Origin: Nageia nagi
Lineage: Eukaryota; Plantae; Pinophyta
Direction: 5' to 3'
DNA length: 64,000 nt
Assembly: GCA_050084985.1 (NCBI GenBank)
Contig: JBITNC010000002.1
Coordinates: forward strand, 16,554,001 to 16,618,000
Positions 42,101 through 55,150 of this stretch are shown in pieces. The position numbers and the translations under genes were made by a program. A model generated the notes under the pieces. The model worked only from the letters and a program-made list of their open reading frames with translations, did not search any database and was not told where the DNA came from. Every line of letters begins with the position of its first letter. Within the stretch, counting starts at the first letter, position 1.

Positions 42101-42134
42101 AGGAGAGTAATTGATGAAAGAAAATGAAAGATAA

Positions 42135-42700
42135 ATGTATCTTGTGAGAACTAGACTAGATATAGCCTATAGAGTGTTACTTATTTCAATATTCATATAA
42201 AATCCAAGTAAAACATACTTGAAAGGTATAAAGAGGATAGTAATGCATGTAAAAGAAACCCAAGATATGACATTTATTTATTATAGTTATAATTAAAAGA
42301 TAATGTTATTTTTTATAGTTATAATTAAAGAATAAGAATATGTCATTATATTTCAATTGGCAACAGAATCATGAAATGATCTTTTAAAAAGTAAATTATC
42401 ATAGTTTCTATCCATATATTGGAAGATGAATACATGGTAATACTACTTGCATGCATATATTGTATACAACTAAGAAACTACTTGAAGAAATGTGTGCATT
42501 ATACATGGTAATCCTACTATAATTCATTATGAAAATATAACAGTTATTTCCCTTTCAAAAAACATTCTATTTCATAGTAGGAGAAAACACATAGATATCA
42601 AGCATCACTATATTAAGAATTACATGGAAAAAAATATTATTGATTTAAAATATATTACTTGATCAACAAGCAAGTGATTGACAAATTCTAAAATCAAGTG
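42135..42700 (+). mobile_element. Copia RT/RNase H remnant
   Basis: YLVRTRLDIAY..NPSK..KRI; FHSRRKHIDIKHHYI. Confidence 0.7.
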
Positions 42701-45454
42701 ATTAAAGAAATTATTAGAAATAACAAAATATTTGCATTATGGAGTTAGTAGCTTGATTGATTCAAAATTTTCTCTTTTAATGAAATGACCATAAATATTT
42801 TGAACTTTTGTAAATTCAAATAGATATACTCTTACAATGAGGTGGAAATAGTATTTTAAAATTTAAATAATTTGAATATTTATTCTCTTTAAGATAGGTT
42901 GTAAAATATATTTATATCTTTTATTATCTATTATGGTTGAATAAGATTTACTAAAATGTTATGAGTCAAATGCATTTTCATTGCATTTAGGGTATTTGGA
43001 TAGTTAATACAATAATTGAATATTTTCAAATGTATAAATATAAATTAGAGAAAGAGAATTTAGGATAAATGTTTAGCCCAAGTTTATAAAAGGTTCAAGG
43101 TTGATATCTTATGGTGTTATGTTGTAGAAACCATACTTTGAAGCATACAAAAGGTACTTTTATATCAATTTCATTTTTAGTTCATAATTAATATTAAAGA
43201 AAATGAATAAGGAATAAGAACATAATCCAAAAAAGCATTCAAGTAGAAAGAACTAATTATATAAGCTAAGGTAGAAGGATATTTAAATATTATTCTCTTT
43301 AAGTCAAAACATTTCAACTTTTACAACTATTGCAACATTCCTAAAAACATCATAACATATTTTTTTTTTCAAAAAATCCAAATTTCATTTCAAGTGAATC
43401 ATCACCATTTTATCGTTCTTTTTGATAACACATCATTTAAGGGGCATAAACTAAACTCATAAACATCATGAACCTCATCATCATCACCTTTCTTAAATAA
43501 CCATAGTCATATTATTTGATAATAATCTTTAATCATAGTAAAAATCGTAAATCATCATTACATCTCTTCACCATAGTTTTATGTTGCACTTTAACTCACT
43601 CAAAACATAATACAAAAAGGGAGAAATATAGACTCAAAACCTGCACATTGTCCTCGTAGCATTACATTATAGAAACTAATTACTAAAATCTTAAAACTAA
43701 TAAAAATTAACTATCCATATTAGGGAAGTTGGGGAAGTAATGGAAATACTCTACAAGAGACCCAAGTTCAAATATTTGCACCCCTACATGATAAAACATG
43801 TAAAATATTTTGAAGTACCCTTCTCAAAAATTTTAGAAGAGGTTGAGTAATATTTGAAAAGAAAAACACTATAAGATTTAATCAATACATATAAAACCCT
43901 AAAAGATCCAAAATATCATTAAGAATATATAAACCCCTAACTTCTAAACAAAATTGACACATGGAAGCAATCACTATAAGTGTATTGTCAAGACTTGCAA
44001 AGATAATTTTGAGACAATTCAATTATTTTTTTCTTATCTTATATATATATATATATATATATTTTCTTAACAATTCTCAATCATAAATATGTTTAAAAGA
44101 GTATGCCATAGAAATTTTAGATTCTTCTAAGATTCATTTGACCTCTTCCAATTCATAATAATAATTATTTTGGGTATAAACATTTATAGAGGAAAATCTC
44201 TAATAATTCATGAAAATATTAGTTAGCATTTACAAAATTGCAAAGGTAACTCAAGGTGCTTATGAAACAAAATATTTGGATCAATTTCTAATTATTTACA
44301 CATTATTTATCATATATATACATATCAACAAATCCATTATGGTAAATTTGATATAGATTTATCATTTATTTATAGCTATTTAATAACTTTCCTCATAATT
44401 TTGAATGATACTCTTTCTATAGCTTTTATTTACATTTTTATCAAAGGAGATAGAGGCTTAAACATCCTTTTGAATATGATAATTCATTTGGAAAGCCTCT
44501 ATAGACTAAGTTATTAATCAATTTTTATCCAAGATTGTGTAAAAATTCTATTATATGCAAGAAGATTTCGTAAGAGAAACATCCATGTTTTGAATGAAGG
44601 TATATGAAGAAGGTATAATGTATATCTTTGTGGCATCCTTAAGGCCACTTCCATTTGAATATAGGTATGAATAAGTTACAATTTATGTAACTATTTCTAT
44701 GTAATTTTTTAGATCTATAATCTTGATCTCATTAGCCACTAAGATTAGATTACTATATCAGCTGAACTCCACTCTAATTGGGAAACTTTTAAGATTTATA
44801 TGCACCTATCAAAAGAAAATGTTGGATTTATTTTATGAATGAATGTATAGGGATGCCAAGGATTTTATGAATTCTTACAATACTTATTAAAGAAAGAAGG
44901 GTAAAATAATTAATTCCCTAGGGTTTCTCTAACCACTCCTCATCCTAATGATAACAAAGTTTGATATTGCAATGCATTTTATCAAAGGCTTCTAGCTTGT
45001 GGAGGTAAATAAATGATATTTATAATCGTCAATTAGTTTATATGGGTATGCTCATTTATATATATAAGAACACCAATATATAGATACCATTATCACATAA
45101 ACATTCATGGATAACATATTCCAAATTTAAATAATTCTTTAGCCAATTATCAATTATAGTGATCTCAATTTCCCTACCAAATTCTAGCAAGACCTATTTA
45201 GGTAGGAAGGCATTACTTTATCCTATCTTTTCACTCATAAATAAATGGTTTAATCAAAGCAATTAATACATATTTCAAGATATATATTAGATTCTTCACC
45301 TCTTTTCACCAATATTGTTGGATTCAATAGTTTCCTTTGGTTGAATAATAGTATAACACCTCTTACTATTCTTCATCTAAGATGATGTCATTTAAAGCAT
45401 TACACGACTAATCACTATCATATATACTAATGTATCTACCTAGTAATTTCAAGA

Positions 45455-45752
45455 TAGAAGCAATGGATGCCACACTCACCACTCATACAAGGGTAACTTG
45501 GTTATAACTCAAAACATTTGAAACAAGAGGCTAACATACATATAGATTAGTGGGAGTTTGATGTTGGAGATATGGTCTTCCTACGACTCCAACCCTATAA
45601 ATAAACCTCCTTAAAGCTTAAGGTTGACACAAGTTTACCTAAGATTTTATGGACCTTATAGTCGCTCATTAGATTGGTGAGGTCATGTATAAACTAAAAT
45701 TACCACTCACGAACAAGATCCATATGATTTTTCTTATATCTTGCCTCAAAAA
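45455..45752 (+). mobile_element. Chromoviral Gypsy integrase C-terminal (GPY/F) remnant
   Basis: EFDVGDMVFLRLQPYK..PRFYGPY..IGEVMYKLKLP..IH..F.ISCLK. Confidence 0.8.
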
Positions 45753-46379
45753 TATGGTTGACAGAAACTCTTGAAAGCAACGATGGAAAATATTTTACTC
45801 AGTTTGCTATTGTTGCCGAATTGGGTGTTGGAAAAAGATGATTCCTTGTGAGAAAGGGATACAATATTAAAAATCCATTTGTGAGGAAAAGATGTTTCTC
45901 TTTAGAAAGGGCTGCAGTATTGGGGAACCATTTAAGAATTTGGATGGGGACAGAGTAGAAAATCCGATACGACTTCACTATCAACAAATGATGGATGGAC
46001 ATGGAAACCTGACGGGAACTAAAGGCTGGAATGTGGACAGACTAAGAACTAATTATGAATCAATGATGGGGAGTGGAAAAACTAAGAACGAAGGAGGCTG
46101 CTGAACTTTTGGTAGAAGAATACTCCATGTAGCCCATCGTGAGAATAACGGGTATGATATGCAGAGAAATACTTCATATACAAAATGTATTGTAGATTAT
46201 GAAATCCAATTTACAGCTTACACTGTAATATGTAAAATTAGAACCCATTTATGTATATTTCTTCACAGTTTTGAACTCTGCACCTGCACCTGCCTCAAGA
46301 AAAGCTCAAAAGACGGACTCCATACTGTTGTAGTTATGTCTTTTGACAGATTGTAGATTGGATTGGGGTTATAAGATTT

Positions 46380-46500
46380 CCAAAAACATTATTGAGTGCA
46401 ACCTTGACAATTCAATTCAAAGACTACAAGAGAAAAGAAGAGCGGGTAATGCGAGTACCTGCACTGAAATTATCAACGCTGCACTCAATGATGCTTTTGG
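46380..46500 (-). ncRNA. MIR397: MIR397 precursor, copy 3; mature UCAUUGAGUGCAGCGUUGAUA (46471-46491)
   Basis: 20/21 identical to canonical miR397; pairs with 46389-46409; basal stem CCAAAA/TTTTGG. Confidence 0.93.
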
Positions 46501-46536
46501 TATTGAAAAATCCAAAGTTGTTGAAATAAAGAATTG

Positions 46537-46758
46537 ATATATCACAGAGCAAAAGGGTAGTACTAGCCCATCTCCTACCTCCCTATGTTTTTTCAAGCAA
46601 TGAAAGATCTGAAATGGCGAGTTTGGGTAGTACCAATCCATCTCCTACCTACCTCCGTTTGTTTTTAAAAGCGATGTATCTGCAATGGGCAGCTTGGATA
46701 GTACAGTCCAGGAGTACGTCTCCTCAACTAAAGGTGGTTTTGTTGCCCGTTGGAGTAC
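46537..46758 (-). promoter_or_regulatory. MIR397-3 promoter: TATA-like element plus 5 GTAC motifs
   Basis: ATATAT at 46537-46542; GTAC at 46560, 46630, 46701, 46714, 46755. Confidence 0.75.
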
Positions 46759-48049
46759 AGATGGTGCAACAACTACTAGCAAGTGCTGCAAACTTAGAAA
46801 GTTGTTAAGAGATCATTATGAAAAGGAGCTGTTTAACAATCTTTTAGTTTAAGGGGTAAAGAGTATAGGTATCTTTTTCATCAAATTCTATGAGGATTTG
46901 AATTGGCTCTCTTATGAGAGTTTTTAACATACCCTTTCTCTCAACTCTTCTATTAGGTTATCCACAACTCTTCATATTCAATTCCTACACATTTAAAAAT
47001 TATAATAATATTAAATCTAAAAATATAAATATTTTTAATATAATACTACATCTATGACTCTTTAATATTAATATATTATGAATAATCTAATTTTCTAAGG
47101 TTTAAGTGTTCAACATGTTTTATCTAATATCATTAATAAAAATTCATTTTAACTTTAATATACCACTTAAGTTTCAAGACATAGAAGATGTTTAGATTTT
47201 TTGGAATGTAAATTACTTAGCATTTATTAATAATATTTTTTAAAAAAGGTTGAACAAGTTAGTTTTACCAATATGTATTATGTGAAAATTTGACTAAGTA
47301 ACAAAATCTAGTTATTAACACAAGATATAATGAATGATAATGAATAACAAGTAATCATAAATGATATAGCTATACATGAGAGAAGAGTGATTAAAAAAGA
47401 AAAAAAACATGAAGGATAGTTTTGTTATTGACTTGTAGTATGCACACTTGTAAAGTCCTAATATATTTGATTCATTTGAAGGAATATCAAGTAGTGATCC
47501 ATGATGCTTAGAATAATATTTAAATGATCTCCAATTCTTAGAAGAATGATTGAATGATCTTTGTAGTAATTTTGAAATATCATAACCATTTCTTAAATTT
47601 CCTTTTTCACCATCATAGATTTGGATACAAACCTATTTAAATCTCTATACATCTTCTATTACATGCGATCTATAATATGGTAATTAGAAAATTGATATTA
47701 ACATTTGTAAAAGAGAAGTCTACTTTTGATGGATGAAATATCCTTGATAACAGTTGGACATTGTAAGCGAGAAATCAATTTTCAATATCTTGTATATATG
47801 CATGTTATCAAGCATATTATCAAAACAAAAAAAGAGTTACATATTTAATCAATATCAAATTATAAGATTATAATATTCCCAAACTAGATATCTTAAAAAT
47901 AATTGTAAAATATCCTTAAATCAATTTGGTTCTTGATTTCAAGCTATTAAATGTATGCAATTGGTTATGTAAGGAAATAATAATAGATTAGTAAACTAAG
48001 AGGCATTCGTTCATATTATATGAATCTCCTATTAAATAATGTAAGTAAC

Positions 48050-49700
48050 ATTGTAAAACCACCCCATGGACTCTAAAGAACATAGGTAATACAATAAAAA
48101 TACCCCTACAAATCAGTAGTTGGTTATATAACATACGTTAAAAAGCTAGAAGTCTAATATCCTAAATGGAATTATATAAGGTACAAGTTAATTGTATCTC
48201 ATCCCTAAAGTTAGTAAAAAATAAGATTACATAGGATGTATCCCCCACCCTTTATGGTCAATCCTTATCCTCTTATGATCCTCGATTTAAGGGAGTTACT
48301 TATCAACCTTGACTAGGTATGTCTGACTTATACTATCCTTCAATGATCCCTTTTGCCTTACACCATCCTTGGGATGGATAGGTGTTATAATTGAAATAAT
48401 AATTAATTAGAGTTATTTAAGATATTCAATTTGATCAAATAATGATGAAATAACAATAAATAAAATATGATAATGATCTAATATGACCTAATTGATATTG
48501 ACCTATCAAACCTAGATTAATGAAAGAAACTTTACCTATTACAATGAATGAAGGTGATATTCCAATCAAAAGAAAAAAATAAAGAGCTTCCTTGATTAAC
48601 AGATCCACCAAACTATCCTCAACCTAGTAGCGCTGCTAGGATCATAGAAATGTCGTCTAGTTATGATTCTAGATTACCTATCCCTTTCGCTTGATATTAT
48701 CGATACACCTTCAATGCTCATAATATTGCAAAACTCAAAGTATAATAAAATCCATATATGATAGGTGATGTTGAGAAATACCGATAAATAATTACAAAAG
48801 TATATTACCACCTTTAAGGATTTTGGATCATATCATGATTTTTCATACACAATCCTTCCACCTTTATAGATAGTAGGTCTATTTCCAAGGCTCTTGCTTT
48901 TACTTATGGTGATGCAAGTCGACCTATCATGATAAAACTTAAAGGTAGATAAATATGCATAATGATAATAGTAATAAATCAATTAAATAAAAGAATTATT
49001 ACAAATAACTAAAAGGGGTATTTTAATTAAATTATAATTCCTTTTTAAGTGTTAACATATGCCCCACTTTGAATATGATTTGATACTTTTGGGATAAAAG
49101 AAAATCAAAGCATAAATTCAAAGTATAATAAGATAAAAAAGAAAATACTCCTTGAAAAATTTATTCACGATGATAACTTTGGATGCCCCAGTTTTGACCA
49201 ATGTTATTCCCTCTCTTTGGCTTAGTTGCAACATGATAGACCTCTCATCATAGGAGAAACCCAAGGAAAAGATAAAGGAATATGTAATCATCTTAAATAA
49301 GAAATGTTTTACACAAGATATCTCAAATATAGACATTAAACATCATATGCTATGTAAATAATTAAAGAATAAGATACCAAACCTATCCTTTATAGCTTAC
49401 CTACTAAGGGTATGATAAGAGATTTCCTTTGATTAAGAACTTGACTTGCTGCCTCAACTTAATGATGAGGGCTTACCAATTTATGTGATAGACCTAGAGT
49501 GTAGTGAAGTGTTCAATAGAACCCTCAAAGACACCATATTACCATATATTTTGATAAGCATGACCCTCTCTTACAGAGAGGTATTTGATAAGAATACCTG
49601 CCTCCCTTACAGAGATACCAATGATAAGAGTGCCCTTCCCTTATAGAGAGATCAATGATAAGAGTGCCCTTCCCTTACAAAAGGACCAATGATAAAATTG
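48050..49700 (-). mobile_element. Tat-like Gypsy 3' LTR start (49057), PPT and 3' UTR with ~35-bp tandem repeat
   Basis: Minus strand AAAGTGGGGCATA-TGTTAACACTTAAAA; TGATAAGAGTGCCCTTCCCTTA units at 49552, 49586, 49622, 49656. The left LTR boundary is a guess. Confidence 0.55.
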
Positions 49701-52429
49701 ATATGACAAATATTATATGATAAATAAGATATGATAAACATTATATAATAACCATGATATGACAAGTGTGATATGATAAGCATGATACAAAGAATATGGT
49801 ATGAAAAATATGATATGAAAAAATATTTTATAAAATCATGATATGAATCTAACACTTAATTCATTGTATGATCATCAACTTTTAAGCAATGAATAAAAAT
49901 AATAATTGCAATATCAAAAATAATCATTTACATTAAAATAAGGAGTTATTCATGTTTACCTTCACTTACCTTTATGAAAAATATGATTTTTTAAAAATAT
50001 TTGATTTTCTTCTTAATAAGATAACGAAGTCACTCATAACCTAGCAGTGTCGTTGGAATAATGTAAAAATTATCTTTTATCTTTAGGTAATCAACAAAGC
50101 TATCCTTAACATACACTTCTCAATTTCTTTCATTTGCTAAGGTTAACTTCCAAATATGAACAATATTAGAAAACATCATTGCATCATTTAATCATTACCA
50201 AATTGCCCCAATTAAGAGAACTTACCAATTATCAAATATTGTATGAAATCAAAATTACATTTCCACTTTTATCAATAATTTCATAATCCTAGGATGAATA
50301 AGCTATAAGTAAAGTTTATCTACATTTAGTTATTTTGCATCATCATATTTTTAAGAAGCAATATCAATTTTCTTTTTCAAGTGGAACATTGTCGCTAGGC
50401 TTGGAGCGGAGCTATTTAAAATATTATAGTAATTTGCTACAATTTTTGTTAGGAAATATAAATAAAAACATATGATATCTCATATAATAATTTTTATCTC
50501 ATCATATCATATGATTATCATATAACTATAAAATATATAAGGATAATTATAACCAGTAAAGCATAAGAATCAACATCATGAAAACTATAAGGATCATCAT
50601 AGTATATATTACCCCAAGTATGCAAGTGATAAGAATAAAATAATAGAATAATCAAGTACTTATTACCCCAAATACCCAAGGGATGAGAATAATCTAGTAC
50701 TTATTGCCCCAAGTACCCAAGAGAAGGATAATCAAATAAATTACAAAGATCAAATTGGAAAACAATATCTATATTTACCTTTGAATGGGTGGACATTTAG
50801 CCTCCAATAATTAGAGAAGAACATAAATATTATTGAATACAAAAGTTATAGGCTTACCCTTTTGCATACAATTTGAACCTATCATAGAATTTTTGTAACA
50901 TTATCTTTATCTTTTTCTACACACTTCGTTATTTTCCTATTACTGTTCAACCTTCTTTTTATATTCTTCTTGCACTTCAACTTCTTAGGATACTTAGAAA
51001 ATATTACAATTGATTATGTTGGTTTTGAATTAGTTTTTACATTCATATCCATATACCTGATCTCCTAAAGCTTTTTTATTTCATAATTGACTTCATCTAT
51101 GGAGCATCATCACTTAGATTCCTCTTCCGTGGAGCGACATCATTCTGTTTTATGTAAATAACATACTATCAAACTTCCAAAATTCTTCCCATACACTTTT
51201 ATCATCAAAATTAACCACCACTATGATTGAATCAATTATTATAACATGTTTTTGCTCTTTTTGCTCCATTTGTTCTTTTCGCATCTTCCCTATTTGGTAC
51301 CTTATTATCTTTGATAGTATTTTTTATCTATGGTTGTATCATTTCTGGAAACTCATTTACTGAAATATGAGTGTATACATTTGTGTTCTTGGAAATTATT
51401 TCTTAGATGTTAACACCAGATTAAAAAAATATTATTCTTGGATGATCAAAGAATGGAAAAGGTACCTCTTGTTTATACTTGAGATGGTTAATCGTACCTA
51501 ATAATAATATTTGGAAAAATATAAAAGAATAAACTTTTGATTTATATTTTATTCATATTAGTATTAATTAAAAATTTTAAATTTGATTTATATATTTATA
51601 TTTAATAATTTAACTTTATTCAATCATATAAGAAGAGTTGGAGAGGCAAATCTCAAGTTGAAAAAATAAGATCCCCAATACATGAAATCTAATTTCAAGA
51701 ACTTTCCTCCCTAAAAAGAATGATTTCTATATATTTGTATTATCTAATTAAGAAACTAATCATGGTGAAGTATATCCAACCTTTGCAATGCCCCCTTGTA
51801 CATAAGCATCCTTTTTGACACCTGTTAGAAAAAGGACATGTCAAATGCCAAAAGTTGAAGAATTTCTAATGAACATTTTTTTTTAAATTTTGATTAAGGA
51901 GGATTGCATGGAAATTATCTAGGACTAGCATGTGATTCTCCTCACATTTTTTTTAAAAATTTTGTTAGGTAGAATTTCCTGGTGATTCTTCAAGACCTCT
52001 TGATGATTCTATCAAACTGCCAAGTGATTCTACCAAATTTCTTGATGATTTTCAAGAACCACCAGGTGATTCTACAAAATAAATTTTTAATATTTTTTGG
52101 GTAGAATCACTTGGAAATTATACCAAACCATTAAGCAATTATAAATGCATAATGGGCAACAACTTGAGGTTACCTACTAACCTAAATTTAATGCATGTGC
52201 TAAAAATAGTTTCCAAATTTTATCTGAATGAAATTTCACGTGGTCAAGGGAGATCAAAGAAATATTTTTATACATGTTTAGAGAACTATATTTTGGGCAT
52301 TTCATGATTGTATTTCTAGCATTCAAAGGAGAGACTATAGTTGGAAGGGTATTTTAGAGCTACATGCAGGTGTTTTTTTGTTGCATTCCATGAATTTATG
52401 TTCCTTTTAACCCTAATGAGAAAACTAGA

Positions 52430-55150
52430 AACATTGTACATCTGATGTATCTCCTACATGAAAATCATGGAATATTTTATCAATTGTAATCCAAACTTAC
52501 ATCTAAGTATCTTCTTGATTCCTTTATCTTTCATCAATGTCCTTACTCTTTGAAATAATAACATTCAATGCAAAACCATTTTCAACTACTCTTTGATTAC
52601 ATTTCTTTTAAAGCTCCAACGGTGGCACCTACAGCAAGAATGTTTGTAAAGGTTCTAAATTTTATATTTAAAGCTAACAATTGCATCTTCTTAAAACTAT
52701 TTAGAGCCTTTTCAAAAAACCCATTTTATGCATATCCTATGATCATTGTATTCCATAAAACTGTATGTATCATGCAAATCAAATATTTTAAAGTTATCCT
52801 TGTTATATCCATGAATTGCATATCCTCCAATGCATTCCATCAAATTGTGTCTACATCATGCATATTCTTAAATACTTTTACTATGATTTATAGTATACTC
52901 TTTTATATTTTACATACATACCTATCAGTGCATTCATAATCACAACATTCGATGCAAAACCATTTTGAACTACTCTTTGATAAATATCCATAGCTTCTTT
53001 TAGAACTCCCATGGTGCACATGTTGGAAGAATATTGGAAAAGTTTTCAAAGTTTGGCCTTACATATGACAATTGCATCTGATTAAAATTATCTAGAGCCT
53101 TTTCATGAAACCTATTTTGTGCATATCTTATAATCATTGTATATCATGAAACTATTTGCATCATGTCAATCAAAGAGTTTAAGGATATCCTTTTTGTAGC
53201 CATGAATTTCATATCTTGCAATCATTGTATTCCATCAAACTATGTCTGCATCATGCATTTTGTTAAATACTTCTTAGGTTTTTTGGTATATCCTTCCACA
53301 TTTTGCATACATACCTATCAAGGCATTCACAAAAAATAACATTTGATGCAAAACCATTTTCAAATACTCTTTGATATATATCCAAACCTTTTTCTAAAGC
53401 TCCCATGGTGGCACATGTTGGAAGAATGTTGGTAGAGGTTACAAAGTTTGGCTCTACATTTTAAAAATTACAATTACTTAAAAGTATCTCTTGCCTTTTC
53501 AAGAAATCCATTTTGTGCATATTATATGATCATTGTATTCCATGAAACATTTTGTATCATCATATGAAATATTTTAAGGGAATCCTTGTTGTATCCATGA
53601 ATTTCATATCCTCTAATCATTGCATTCCCTCAAAATATGTCTACATCATGCATCTTATTTCAAAATTCCCAAGCTTTGTGGTATATTCTTCCACATTTTT
53701 CATACATATGTATCAAGGCATTCATAACCACAACATTCAATGAAAAAATGTTTTTTATTACTCTTTGATGGATATCCACACCTTCTTCAAAAGTGCCCAT
53801 TATCGCACATGCTAGAAGAATGTTGGTAAAGGTTACAAAGTTTGGCTTTACATCTAACAATTGCATTTTCTTAAAAGTCTTTATAGCCTTTTCATGAAAC
53901 CCATTTTTTGCATATCATGTGATAATTGTATTCAATAAAACTATTTATATCATGCATATCAAATATTTTAATGGCATCCTTATTATATCCATGAATTGCA
54001 TATCCTCCAATCATTACATTCCATCAAATTGTATCTACATCATGCATCTTGTTAAAACATTCCTTAGCTTTATGGTATATTCTTTCATATTTTGCATACA
54101 TACCTATCAGGTAATTCATAAATACAACATTAGATGCAAAACCATTTTCAAGTACTCTTTGATGAATATCCATACCTTCTTCTAGAACTTCCATGGTGGC
54201 ACATGTTGGAAGAATGTTGTAAAAGGTTACAAAGTTTGGCTTTACATTTTAACAATTGCATTTGCTTAAAAGTTTCTATATCCTTTTCATGAAATCCATT
54301 TTGTGCATATCATGTGATAATTGTATTCCATGAAAATTTTTTTATCATGCAGATCAAAGAGTTTAAGGGCATCCTTGTTGTATCCATAAATTGCATATCC
54401 TCAAATCATTGCATTCCATGAAACTATGTCTGCATTGTGCATCTTGTTAAAAACTTCCCGCTATTTTTGGTATGTTCTTACACATTTTTCATACATACCT
54501 ATCAGGGCATTCATAACCATAACATTCAATGCAAAACCATTTTCAAATACTCTTTTATGGATATCCATACCTTCTTCTAGAGCTCCCATGGTGGCACATG
54601 CTAGAAGAATGTTGGTAAAGGTTACAAAGTTAGGCTTTACATCTAACAATTACATTTTCTAAAAAGTATCTATAGCCTTTTAATGAAACCAATTTTGTGC
54701 ATATCATGTGATCATTATATTCCATGAAACTATTTGTATCATGCATATCAAAGAGTTTAAGGGAATCCTTGTTGTATCCATGATCCATGAATTGCATATC
54801 CTCCAATCATTGCATTCCATTAAATTATTTCTACATCATGTATCTTGTTAAAAAATTCCTAGTATTTATGGTTTATTCTTCCTTAATTTGCATTCATAGC
54901 TATTAGGGAATTTACAAACAAAATATTTGATGCAAAATCATTTTCAACTACTCTTTGATGAATATCCATACCTTCTTCTATAGGTCCCATGGTGGAACAT
55001 GCTAGAAGAATATTTCCAAATGTTATAGATTTTGGATTATATAATAATTCCATCTACTTAAAATTATCTAGATTCCTTTAGAAAATCCATTTTGTACATA
55101 TCCTATGATCATTCCATTCCATGAAACTATGTCTACATCATGCATCTTGG
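52430..55150 (-). pseudogene. PLS-class PPR pseudogene with ~7 tandem ~394-bp units and E2/E+ tail
   Basis: SWN.MI..YAQNG, VKPNFVTFTNILLACATMGALEEGMDIH, NALIGMYEKCG, NAMI..YAIHG in every unit; anchors at 52561, 52945, 53339, 53733, 54127, 54522, 54923; tail VRTLMKDKGIKK..WITID..HDFHVGD at ~52445-52550. Confidence 0.92.
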
